From NCBI GenBank assembly GCA_963815095.1, contig CAWFFH010000003.1, positions 1,344,001 through 1,408,000 on the forward strand: a DNA stretch of 64,000 nt, read 5' to 3'. Source of the DNA: Candidatus Bathyarchaeota archaeon. Lineage in GTDB: Archaea; Thermoproteota; Bathyarchaeia; Bathyarchaeales; Bathycorpusculaceae. Of the stretch, positions 20,355-29,891 are shown one piece after another. The translations under genes and the position numbers were made by a program. Position 1 is the stretch's first letter. Each line of letters starts with the position of its first letter. The notes under the pieces were generated by a model, which was not told where the DNA came from, searched no databases, and was given only the letters and a program-made list of their open reading frames with translations.

Positions 20355-20513
20355 TTATATTCTGCGTCCTGTTAGTAGTCTGTAAAGTATTATGAGGATG
20401 GCAATGACAAGGAGTACCCATACGATGGTGCCGAGGTTGAAGATGAAAAAGCCCAGAAGCCATAGCAAAACAAGGATCAAAGCTACTGCGAAAAGAAAAT
20501 CAAGTGCTCGCAT
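20355..20513 (-). CDS. Small membrane protein, lmo0937-like (52 aa; not in the ORF track)
   Basis: MRALDFLFAVALILVLLWLLGFFIFNLGTIVWVLLVIAILIILYRLLTGRRI. Confidence 0.7.
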   Translation of the reverse strand: MRALDFLFAVALILVLLWLLGFFIFNLGTIVWVLLVIAILIILYRLLTGRRI

Positions 20514-20920
20514 TTTCAAAAACTCTATTTACCCTTAACTCGCTAGCCTATTTTAAGCTGTGTGACTGTCAATTAACAGTAACAGCTTGATTGCGTCTTT
20601 AATTTAACTTCTTTTTTTCTTAGCAATGTTTTGTCAATCAAATTTTGAGTAATGATTAGCTTTACATTTGTACTCCGATGTTTCCAGAGGAAATGAAATT
20701 AATAACTTGGTCTATAGCGCCCAAAAATCAGCAGCTCCAAACAAGTAAGGGGTGGCTACAGAGACTATTAAATGCCCGTTGTTTCAGTTAAACAGTCATA
20801 ATCTTAAAATAGATTCCAACGTAAACTAAGTATGAAAATTTTGATACGCCCTAACTCTGCTATCTGACTACACATCGCGGTTTTGAGGGCAATCTAATTT
20901 TTGAAAGAGGTTATTACTAT

Positions 20921-21280
20921 ATGTCGGAAAAGATTTCATTAAGGGAAATAATTGGTGCAATTCTAGGTGAGATAAAAGTCATCCTCAAAGAATATATGAA
21001 TGAAGCGGAAGCTTCTGTTAAGAAACGCCTCAAAAGACTCGTAATCATAAGCGTAATTGGCAGTGTTTTGATGGCTCTGGGAATTTCATTTATCGGTTCA
21101 GCTTCCCTTTTCATACTTATTGGATCGTTCAAGTACCTAAGTCTCTCTATGCCAGCCTGGGAAGCCTTATACATCATGGGAATCACCTCAGGCATTATAG
21201 CAGGTGTGCTCTTTTTTGCGCTTTTCATCATTATACGAAATCAATTGAGATCGCCCGAAAAACCTGATGAGAAAAATTAA
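20921..21280 (+). CDS. Two-TM protein resembling the YqjE/holin-superfamily-III type
   Basis: Amphipathic N-terminal helix followed by two TM segments. Confidence 0.5.
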   Translation: MSEKISLREIIGAILGEIKVILKEYMNEAEASVKKRLKRLVIISVIGSVLMALGISFIGSASLFILIGSFKYLSLSMPAWEALYIMGITSGIIAGVLFFALFIIIRNQLRSPEKPDEKN

Positions 21281-21616
21281 GTCAACGAACATTTTAGCTC
21301 GGAAAGTATGCAATCGGGACGTTGAGTTCAACGAAAACGCAGATGTATAAATAAAGTATACTATAGAAGAGCGGTTTGAATCTCTTTGGTCTTGAACCCT
21401 GAAGGGTTCGGAATAATTAATGAGGCCGCTGGGACTCAAACCCAAAACTTATTCTTTACCAGACCTAGCGAACCAACTTTTAATGTTCAAGTCGTTGGGG
21501 AACCGAACCCTCTACATTCATGTCAGTTTTTGTATTATGGTTGGGCTTTTGAGTTGAGGTTCAATTCCCTTAATAGCGATAAAAAAAGAGAGATTAGGCG
21601 ATTAAGCTCCAACTTT

Positions 21617-22150
21617 TTAGCTGGTTTGGAAGGTTAAATTGGGTATGGTTGGATTTATGTGGATGTCAAATATTTTGATAGAGTCCCCGTTTAATGCCGT
21701 ATATGAATAAGTTGCAGTGCTATTCCAAGCGTCAAGTTTTGATACATAGTCTGACCACATGTTGCCCCAAAGAGGCCACGCGCTATTGAAATTATCTGTC
21801 ATCCAGGCTGCGTCACTGGTTTTGTTCCAAGCACCTTGTGTACCAGCATTTAAAACATAAGTGTAGTTAGCGCCGCCTGGGTTGCAGCTTGGTAAGTCAA
21901 CTCGTATGGTCAAGTTGGCTGTTCCTATATTGATTCCTGAAAATTGATATGGTGTTGTTGTGCCTTGACTTGTGTCATTGACGGTGAACTGTAAGCTGGT
22001 TGCATCTGCGATATTAACTGATGTAGTTTGTTTGTTTGAGTTATTTGCGTTGTTGTTTAGTAAGAGTGCTACTGCACTAGCTGCTATAATGACAACTAAT
22101 AAAACCGCAATAACAATAAAAATTGTTTTTTTATTCATGTTAAAAAACAC
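21617..22150 (-). CDS. Membrane-anchored extracellular hypothetical protein
   Basis: N-terminal TM segment; N/T/S-rich remainder with Trp motifs. Confidence 0.65.
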   Translation of the reverse strand: MFFNMNKKTIFIVIAVLLVVIIAASAVALLLNNNANNSNKQTTSVNIADATSLQFTVNDTSQGTTTPYQFSGINIGTANLTIRVDLPSCNPGGANYTYVLNAGTQGAWNKTSDAAWMTDNFNSAWPLWGNMWSDYVSKLDAWNSTATYSYTALNGDSIKIFDIHINPTIPNLTFQTS

Positions 22151-22267
22151 TGATTCAAATCATTTCCTAACTTTTAATTGGATATATAGTTTTTCCTAAT
22201 ACTTGCAAATCAATTTTTTGTTCAAGTCAAGCAGATAATGCTCCGCCTCGTTCTTTTGCTGTATTGG

Positions 22268-24130
22268 TTAAGTATTTTTGTTTGTTGTTGTTCCGTTCCA
22301 AAAAACAAATTCACTATAGACTGATGAGTTGAAGTCTATTCCGTCGTTGTAAATTATGTCAAGGTTAGATCCATATTGATTCATAAGATTATTTAGTTTC
22401 AAGCTAAGCTGGGTTGAAGAGGCATTTGAACCCCAAAATCCCCAAAAATTGTCATTTGGACCCCGAAAACCATACCCGTCATCTTTAGGAAGAACAAACG
22501 CAACCCTCCCAACCGAAGAATTACTGGATGGAGGAGTAGAATTTGGACGATTCCAAAAATTTTTTAGCGCATCTAAATGTTCTTGTTTTAAAATCCCATA
22601 CGTGGAGTTTGAATCATAGGGGTAGTTGAAGACTAAAACGTATTTTGCTCCATAATTATAAGCTAACACCATATCGTTGTAGAGGTCCTCTCCAGACTCG
22701 ATGTATGGAGCAGAATTATTTGTCCATGTAATAATGGCGCCCCAATCTTTGTTTTGAACTGTCGCTGCACCCCGAACAAATTCCGCAGTCATTTGTCTTA
22801 ATTGTGTATTATTGCTTAAACTATTCAAACCAAGCTCTGCAAAGACTACATCATATCCTGCTTTGTAGTCGTACCAGTAAAGTGCATAGTCTGAAGTAAA
22901 AGTTTCAATGTTTCTAATCTTTAGCATTTGCATGTCAGACTTTCCTCGGTTAGCAGTTAGGAAAGATCGCAAATACCTGCTTGCAGCTTGGTCTTGGGTA
23001 GTGGGCGTGGGTCCTACTCGTCCATATTTGATTCCGTTGCTGTCAAGTTGAACTCCTCCTGGTTCGTCATACAGGTATATTCCTAGAAATTTTTCTCCCC
23101 ATCTTAGTTTAGCAGTGTCAAGAAAATTAGCTTGCCAATATTGGCTAAACCAAGCAAAATAAACAATTATGTGGAGTCCGTTCTGAACAGCATAATCGCA
23201 AATCTCGTTCATTTCTAATTCGTTTTGGCTAATGGGCAAAGAATCAACCACAAAAACATTGGTGTAATTTTTCACTTCGTTAATGAGTACTTTTGCTTCT
23301 TCTATCGTGTTGCCGCCAAATGTGACTCCGACATAGAAATTTTTCGTCGGGCTTCCGGTGCTTAGGTTATAATTGGTTGGTTGAACAAACGATATTGATT
23401 CCAAAATTAATATGGATAGTAAAATTAATGCGAGAATTTTGATAGAGAAAAACTGTTTATAACCTTGAATAAATCTTTGGCGAGAAATGCTATTTTTCTT
23501 TATTGTATTTTGATTAATATGGTGTAAAGAATAGATTGCTAAACTGCTATTGATTGTTGCAATCAGCATCAAAGTAGGAAATGACGATGTAAATAGGAAA
23601 AAAAATCTCAACATTACAATGAGCAAAATAAAGTTAAAAACTAAAGATACCCCGGAAAAAAGGTATCCAAGTCTTTGAGTCCAACGATTTTTAATTAGTA
23701 GAAGTAACGAAGTGCATAGTAGAATTATGGTCATGGCGAAGAGAATTTGCAAGGTGATGCTTTCAGGTATCCAAACGTCGTAGGGTGTCCATTGGAGACT
23801 AAGTCCTGCAGACGCCTCTAAAACAAATGCAAGCCAAGCACAATTAACTGCTGTAATCTCTTTTGAATATTTTTTGTTCTTTATAGCAATGAGCAAAATA
23901 AGTATTAGAAAAAGTCCAAATCCTAAAGTGCCAACGTAAGTGATATCGCGTAATTGCGAAAACGCAGCTGATATTATGGAAATGTTAAAGGGAAGCAAGG
24001 ATTGCCTGAAAAAAGACCTGTAACCAAAATATGGATATGCGAAAAAAACTGTTAGTGCAAAAAAAATTATGGTTTCAATTCTAAATGTCCATTTGTTAGT
24101 AAAGGCATTATAGAAAAAATCAGTATTCAA
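22268..24130 (-). CDS. Multi-TM protein fused to a putative glycoside-hydrolase-like domain
   Basis: About 7 TM segments, then a soluble domain with GIYLYDEPGG and FTSDYALYWYDYKAGYD. Confidence 0.55.
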   Translation of the reverse strand: MNTDFFYNAFTNKWTFRIETIIFFALTVFFAYPYFGYRSFFRQSLLPFNISIISAAFSQLRDITYVGTLGFGLFLILILLIAIKNKKYSKEITAVNCAWLAFVLEASAGLSLQWTPYDVWIPESITLQILFAMTIILLCTSLLLLIKNRWTQRLGYLFSGVSLVFNFILLIVMLRFFFLFTSSFPTLMLIATINSSLAIYSLHHINQNTIKKNSISRQRFIQGYKQFFSIKILALILLSILILESISFVQPTNYNLSTGSPTKNFYVGVTFGGNTIEEAKVLINEVKNYTNVFVVDSLPISQNELEMNEICDYAVQNGLHIIVYFAWFSQYWQANFLDTAKLRWGEKFLGIYLYDEPGGVQLDSNGIKYGRVGPTPTTQDQAASRYLRSFLTANRGKSDMQMLKIRNIETFTSDYALYWYDYKAGYDVVFAELGLNSLSNNTQLRQMTAEFVRGAATVQNKDWGAIITWTNNSAPYIESGEDLYNDMVLAYNYGAKYVLVFNYPYDSNSTYGILKQEHLDALKNFWNRPNSTPPSSNSSVGRVAFVLPKDDGYGFRGPNDNFWGFWGSNASSTQLSLKLNNLMNQYGSNLDIIYNDGIDFNSSVYSEFVFWNGTTTNKNT

Positions 24131-24724
24131 ATCAATTTTCCTGTGTAAGAGTAAACATGTGTAAATAAATGCTTTCTGAAAAATTAATCGCAGAGTCTAA
24201 TTGTGGATGAGATAGGAAAAATCGAACCCTCTTGATAGTTGATTGATCAGAACAAGGGTCGACAAATTGTTGTATTTTTGTTTTATGTTCTTTTCTCTAT
24301 CGGTTGATATTTTTTGATCAAAATAAAACCATACTTATTTGATTTGCCTAATCAATGTTTATTGCGAGCTTGTCGGAAATCTTTCTCTAAAATTTTCGAG
24401 ATGTGCCAACATAGATGCGCCTTGGAACCTCTGCGATTCAAACTGAATCAAGGCAACGGGCATATGAATTCCGGATACATAAAGTTTAAAAAAAAAAATA
24501 GATCCCTAGCGCTGGTTGGGCAGGTTCAGAGGGAACTGCTGGATGGTTCGCCATCTTCACGCACTTCCACAAACTCTCAACCTACCCCTTCTTTAAGCTC
24601 TTTCAAAATCTGGGAGTATAGTCGAGTAGCTTGCCGAGTTTCACCTTATCATCAAAACATAAAAAACCACAAAATAAATACAGAAATCATTTACTCTATG
24701 AGCTCCCGTCCGTGGAAGGCCTTA

Positions 24725-25108
24725 TTAGGTGAAGCTGTCGGGTTGAGCGTCTTCTTCAAGCAAGCTTGTATACAAGCGAAATTTTTCATCGTAAATGTCG
24801 GCCAAATGTGCATCGTTCCAGACTTTTGATTTGCTCCTGATGGCTGCGTGCCAAAACTTCTGGTCTTCTTCATGTCCGGCAACGTAAACTTCAAGAAAAT
24901 AGGTGACTTCGCATTTTTGATTTTCTATCTCGGGAATGAAGGCATAAGTGACAATGCCTTGTTCGTTGTCCGAAGTGAATTTCATGGCGTTTTGGATGCT
25001 GGCTGACATTGTTTTTAGTGTTTCTTTGATTGCCGTTTTGTGGCTTTTTGGAATCTTGTTTTTCTTGTTCCAGAGGATTTCGCACTCTAAGACAGAGAAC
25101 TCTTCCAT
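24725..25108 (-). CDS. Hypothetical protein
   Basis: 127-aa ORF with ATG start just downstream of tRNA-Cys. Confidence 0.5.
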   Translation of the reverse strand: MEEFSVLECEILWNKKNKIPKSHKTAIKETLKTMSASIQNAMKFTSDNEQGIVTYAFIPEIENQKCEVTYFLEVYVAGHEEDQKFWHAAIRSKSKVWNDAHLADIYDEKFRLYTSLLEEDAQPDSFT

Positions 25109-25261
25109 GGGGCATCCTAAATCTTAGTGGTTCCTCGGGATATAAGCTATTCCACTGATTGGGAGGTATAGAGGGAAGAAGGTCTTACGGGCTTAAGCGT
25201 ATCATCACAACAATTAAGAATCAAAATAATAAAATCAAATCTACTATTGGTTAGGATAAAG

Positions 25262-25334
25262 AGCTGGGGATGGGAATTGAACCCATATAGAGCAGCTCTG
25301 CAGGCTACCGCCTCAGCGATTCGGCCACCCCAGC
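25262..25334 (-). tRNA. tRNA-Cys(GCA), no intron, CCA not encoded
   Basis: GCTGGGG/CCCCAGC acceptor; GTAGC-CTGCAGA-GCTGC anticodon arm; ATGGG-TTCAATT-CCCAT T-arm. Confidence 0.9.
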
Positions 25335-25421
25335 ATCATAACCCTAGGTCGAAGTCTACAATAAAAATATTGTTGGCTTCATTCCTTTTTCTATTACATC
25401 TATAGCGTTTGGTTGGTGGAG

Positions 25422-25784
25422 TTATTTTTTGAAGGCTAACCCCGTGAATAAGGCTATGAGTTTGTCTTCCTTGCGAACCATAACTTGGTATAGCCCCGTG
25501 GTTTTGCCGTCGGAAACCCGCGTTGCCTCAGCAGTTAGCTGATCGCCTTCAGCAGAGGGTCTAAGAAAATTTATGCTAACCTGAATAGCCACCGCGACGT
25601 TGTCGCCAAAATTAGCGGCTTGCGCAAACGCGTAATCCGCCAACGAAAAGATTGCGCCCCCATGTGTGAAGCCCAGAGCATTCGTATGGGTCTTTTCAAC
25701 TTTCATCGATACTTTTGAGTAGCCGTCTTTTGCTTCCAGAACTTGGATTCCTAAGGTTTCTGCAAAATAGTCGGTGCTTTTCAT
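25422..25784 (-). CDS. paaI: PaaI-family hotdog thioesterase
   Basis: HTNALGFTHGGAIFSLADYAF. Confidence 0.85.
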   Translation of the reverse strand: MKSTDYFAETLGIQVLEAKDGYSKVSMKVEKTHTNALGFTHGGAIFSLADYAFAQAANFGDNVAVAIQVSINFLRPSAEGDQLTAEATRVSDGKTTGLYQVMVRKEDKLIALFTGLAFKK

Positions 25785-26875
25785 TTGGTCTTCACTTTTT
25801 TTGGTTTTTCTTCACTCATCAAATAGTTGTAGAATTTACGGAATAAGGCGGTTAACCCCTGTGGGAAGAATATGACTATAATCAGCAGAATTATGCCAAT
25901 TATCAGATAGACTACTGGGGGTCCAGCATAGCTAACATTTGGGAAAATTGGACCAAATGCCGAGCTTAATGACTGGGTTACAGATGGGATTGTTAGGATT
26001 TGGGTTACAGAAGTCAAGAAGATTGCTCCAATGATGGGTCCACTTACACTTCCTAAGCCGCCAATAACCGTCATGATAAGCGGCAAAAAGGAGTTTGTAG
26101 GCGAAAAAATCGAGTTATCGACAAAACGGATAAAGTAAACATATAATCCTCCTGCCATACCTGCAAAAAAAGTACTGATGACGAAAGCCATAAGCTTGTA
26201 TTTTGCCGTGTTTATCCCTATCATTCTGGCTTCGGATTCATTGCCGTGTATGGCTTTAAAGGCAAACCCAATACGTGTTTTCATAATCAGATACATGATG
26301 CCTATAGATGTGACAGCGAAAACTATGACTAAGATGTAGAAGGGGTATCCTCCGGGCACAAGTTGGGAAGGTGCAAAACCGCTTATTCCGTTAGTTATCG
26401 AGTCAAACTGGCTGGATAAAGTGAAGGCTATTACTGAGAAGCCAAAGGTCACCATAGCCAAGTACCAAGCCTTGAGCCGTACACAAGCCAACCCAATCAA
26501 CAAGCCGATTCCAGCAGAAATCAACCCTCCAATCAAAATGACACTAACTTGGATTGCCACAGATAAGGCGCCTATAGGAACTGCGTAGCCACCCCACATC
26601 TGGATGAGGGCATTTGCGATTCTGGTGCCAATTATTGCTGAGGCAAAGCCGCCAATGCCGAGGAAGGCTGCGTGTCCCAGTGAGCCTTGGCCAGAGTTTG
26701 CCAGAAAATTCCAGCTTGCTGCGTAAATGGAAAAGATAAAGATTAACGTGAAAACGTACAGAAAGAAGGTATCCGTTACTACGAGTGGGATTACTGCCAA
26801 AATCGCGAAGCAGGCAATTAACAGTAAAAAGCCCTTAGAACGTAATAACACTAAGAGTTTTTGTTGAAGTTGCAT
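25781..26875 (-). CDS. livM: HAAT-family ABC permease (LivM-like)
   Basis: GSLGHAAFLGIG, YLAMVTFGF, KLMAFVIS; probable start 26875. Confidence 0.88.
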   Translation of the reverse strand: MQLQQKLLVLLRSKGFLLLIACFAILAVIPLVVTDTFFLYVFTLIFIFSIYAASWNFLANSGQGSLGHAAFLGIGGFASAIIGTRIANALIQMWGGYAVPIGALSVAIQVSVILIGGLISAGIGLLIGLACVRLKAWYLAMVTFGFSVIAFTLSSQFDSITNGISGFAPSQLVPGGYPFYILVIVFAVTSIGIMYLIMKTRIGFAFKAIHGNESEARMIGINTAKYKLMAFVISTFFAGMAGGLYVYFIRFVDNSIFSPTNSFLPLIMTVIGGLGSVSGPIIGAIFLTSVTQILTIPSVTQSLSSAFGPIFPNVSYAGPPVVYLIIGIILLIIVIFFPQGLTALFRKFYNYLMSEEKPKKVKTK

Positions 26876-26876
26876 G

Positions 26877-27755
26877 TTATTCTCCCTTCTCTCCAAATAA
26901 ACCGTTGGGACGGATGATTAAAACAATTATGAGTAAGGCAAATGCAACAGCGCTTGACCATGTTCCACCTAGAAACAGTGTCGCCAACTGTTCGGTAATG
27001 CCATAAAGGAGTCCGCCTATGATAGCGCCTCGAATGCTTCCTAAACCACCCAAAATGATTATGGCAAAGGCGATTATGGTTGGCATTGCGCCGACTTGTG
27101 AATCAAAAGAGAAAATTATTCCATATAAGCCTCCAGCCACAGCAGCTAAGGCGGAGCCTAAAGCAAAGGTTATCATGTAAATCCGCTCCACGTTAATCCC
27201 CATCAGCATTGCGGTTCGATTTATTTGACTAGTAGCCCGCATGGCTAAACCAATCTTCGTTTTCCACAACAGTAAACCAAAACCAACCAGAACAGCAACT
27301 ACTACACCGACAGCGACAATGCGGTCATAGGTTATAGAGATGCCTGTCAATTGTAAACTCATGCCATAAAAAGGACTTTTAATTTGTTGAGCTTGGTCTC
27401 CCCAAATGAGCAAAGCAGCGTTTTCAAAAATGTAAATCAAGCCAAGACTTATGAAAATCTCGTTAAGTTTATCGGTTCCTAAAACCCTTCGGAACGTGAA
27501 CCGCTCAATCACTACCCCTAAGACTGCAACTATAACCATTGAGACCAGAATTGCAACATAGGCGTTTAAACCTGCAGAGACAGAGATAGTCCAAGTCAAG
27601 TATGCGCCTATCATGAGAAACTGTCCATGAGCGAAGTTGACCATTTTCATAACGCCAAAAATAACGTTTAATCCTGTGGCCAGCAACATATAGATGCATC
27701 CGATTGCGACGCCCCAGATTAAAGTTAAAGCAAGTGTTCCAGCAGTTATGTCCAT
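26877..27755 (-). CDS. livH: HAAT-family ABC permease (LivH-like)
   Basis: GVMKMVNFAHG, ILGGLGSI, IRPNGLFG. Confidence 0.9.
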   Translation of the reverse strand: MDITAGTLALTLIWGVAIGCIYMLLATGLNVIFGVMKMVNFAHGQFLMIGAYLTWTISVSAGLNAYVAILVSMVIVAVLGVVIERFTFRRVLGTDKLNEIFISLGLIYIFENAALLIWGDQAQQIKSPFYGMSLQLTGISITYDRIVAVGVVVAVLVGFGLLLWKTKIGLAMRATSQINRTAMLMGINVERIYMITFALGSALAAVAGGLYGIIFSFDSQVGAMPTIIAFAIIILGGLGSIRGAIIGGLLYGITEQLATLFLGGTWSSAVAFALLIIVLIIRPNGLFGEKGE

Positions 27756-27877
27756 AATGCAGTTTTTCCCTCAACCAATGGTCTGTAAACTCTTGTTTTA
27801 TTCATTGCTTAACTATTTAAAATGTGTTTATTTCAAGAAAAAATAAAGAAAGAAAAATTGGTAAGAAGCTAACTTGT

Positions 27878-29287
27878 TTAGCTTCCAGGTTCATAGCCTG
27901 TGGGCAGTTTAAAATCTGCTTGTTTGAAGTTGCTGATGCCTGGCATAGATGCTGGCCAAACTATCTGTGATTCCAGCGTGTTCGTTTGGCTGTTCCATTT
28001 TAGTTGTTCCATGAAGGTTACTGGGCCAATTTCGTGGTAGTTGACGTCTTTGCTGAACTGTATTTTGCCTGATTGCGTCAAGATGAGCATTTGGTTAAGG
28101 TCAATGTTTTCAATTGCGGTTCGTACAGAAGCTTTGTCTATTGTTCCTGCGTTTTGAATTGCACTCTTTGCTATGTAAAATGAATCATAGGTGTCTGCTC
28201 CCATCATTCCGGGCATTACACCGTAGGTTTGGTTGAATTTTTGGGAGTAGGTTTGTACTGCTGTAGAGTAGGATGGTACTTGGAACGGGTCCATCTTTGA
28301 CTCCATAAGTTGTCCATCACCGGTAGCTCCTAACAAATTGTAGAAGACTGGGTCTTGATTGTTTTCGACTGCAATGTAAACGGTCTTTAATCCTACGTCG
28401 TTCCATCCTTGCGTTATCACTAATGGAGTTTTGTCGGGGTTGTCAGCGACAAACACGGCATCTGGATTAGCCTGTTTAATGACTGTTAAATCAGTTTGGA
28501 AGCTGCTTGAGCTGGTTGGGTGTTTTCTGTCTGCAACGATGTTGATTGGCAGGCTTTCATTTTGGATCCAGTATTTGGCTGCTTGTTCAACTGCGTTTCC
28601 AAAAGAGTCATCGCGGTAATATAGTGCAAGGTTGAAGTCGCGGTCTGGTGCTACCATTGGCTTCATTTGGGCTGCTAAAAAGTCAACAACGGTTTTTGCA
28701 TAGTCATAGGTTGTTGTGCAATAGTGGAACATGTAACTCACTCCATCTTCGTCGGAGATACTGTAGGTTCCTGTTGGACCTGCGCCGCCAAAGTCGCCTT
28801 GTGGTCCTCTTCGGGTGACAAGTTGATTTGAGGCTCCAGTGATTATGAAGGGAACTTTGTTATCGATTGCTACCACTTCGTCTGCGAGAGTTGCTGCGCT
28901 GCCATATCCTCCAATGAGCATGTCAACCTTTTCAGATTGCACGGCTCGTGTTACTGCTGTCACTGCGACGGTTGGGTCAGCGTCTGTTCCTGTATCTACA
29001 GTTACTAAAGTTATGTTTACCTTGGTGTTCCAACCTGAAATTTCGATACCGCCTGCATCGTTGATTTCGTTAACTGCCATCAATGCTGCATTATGCATGT
29101 CCTGTCCAATTGACGTTGACATCGGCGCAACTAAGCCTATCACTATGTTTCTTGCATCTGGAGAAGCTGGTTTAGATGATAATTGTATTGCTGCAACAGC
29201 TGCTACAACAATAATCACAACAATTAATACTGCGAGTAATTTCTTTTGCAAATTGATTTCCTCTTGTTTTTTCTTTGCTATATCCAA
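27878..29287 (-). CDS. HAAT-family ABC substrate-binding protein (LivK-like), membrane anchored
   Basis: N-terminal TM segment; IVIGLVAPMS...AVNEINDAGGI. Confidence 0.85.
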   Translation of the reverse strand: MDIAKKKQEEINLQKKLLAVLIVVIIVVAAVAAIQLSSKPASPDARNIVIGLVAPMSTSIGQDMHNAALMAVNEINDAGGIEISGWNTKVNITLVTVDTGTDADPTVAVTAVTRAVQSEKVDMLIGGYGSAATLADEVVAIDNKVPFIITGASNQLVTRRGPQGDFGGAGPTGTYSISDEDGVSYMFHYCTTTYDYAKTVVDFLAAQMKPMVAPDRDFNLALYYRDDSFGNAVEQAAKYWIQNESLPINIVADRKHPTSSSSFQTDLTVIKQANPDAVFVADNPDKTPLVITQGWNDVGLKTVYIAVENNQDPVFYNLLGATGDGQLMESKMDPFQVPSYSTAVQTYSQKFNQTYGVMPGMMGADTYDSFYIAKSAIQNAGTIDKASVRTAIENIDLNQMLILTQSGKIQFSKDVNYHEIGPVTFMEQLKWNSQTNTLESQIVWPASMPGISNFKQADFKLPTGYEPGS

Positions 29288-29309
29288 GCAAACTGTTAAT
29301 AAAAGTAAC

Positions 29310-29891
29310 TCATAAAACGCTTTCTCTACCTAACTGAAACGCTTTTAGATTCAAATTTATGTATTTTTCTTTAAGCTTGCCTGCTATAGCTTGCTGGAAT
29401 GACTCGACTTTTACTGGAATATCTGGAAGAGCCGATAAAGCTCCGAGAAGAATTGTGTTGACAACCAGCATGTTGCCTAATTTTTCCGCTATGCCAACGC
29501 CATCCACTTCATGAACCAAAGCCTTTGCCCTCAAAAGCGACATAAAATCTTCGGTTTTTTTGGGTTTAGCGCCTGCAACCATGCAGTTAGGCGGAATGTA
29601 CTTCATGTTCACGATTATATCACCATTTTTCTTAAGCATTGGCAGGGCCCTTGCAGTTTCCAAAATCTCAAAACCCACAATCGCGTCAGCTTTTCCGGTT
29701 TCAATCAGGGGCGAATCAACTTTGGTGCCGATTCGTGCATAAGCAACTATTGAACCTCCCCGCTGCGCCATTCCATGAATCTCAGCCTTCGCAACATCAA
29801 AGCCATCCAGCATTGCAGCTTCGCAGAAAATGTCGCTTAAAACTACAACTCCTTGCCCACCCACACCGCTAAAGACTATGTCTAAGTTCAC
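29310..29891 (-). CDS. iorB: Indolepyruvate:ferredoxin oxidoreductase beta subunit
   Basis: SGVGGQG, EIHGMAQRGGS, NLKAFQLG. Confidence 0.92.
   Translation of the reverse strand: MNLDIVFSGVGGQGVVVLSDIFCEAAMLDGFDVAKAEIHGMAQRGGSIVAYARIGTKVDSPLIETGKADAIVGFEILETARALPMLKKNGDIIVNMKYIPPNCMVAGAKPKKTEDFMSLLRAKALVHEVDGVGIAEKLGNMLVVNTILLGALSALPDIPVKVESFQQAIAGKLKEKYINLNLKAFQLGRESVL

Noticed and set aside
16380-21570. Repeated ~27-bp motif as a CRISPR array
   Set aside because: Copies are kilobases apart and degenerate; no regular spacers and no cas genes
24314-24829. 171-aa plus-strand ORF and a minus-strand fragment ILKELKEGVG*EFVEV
   Set aside because: Atypical composition, overlap with a better ORF, multiple stops; at most unassignable debris
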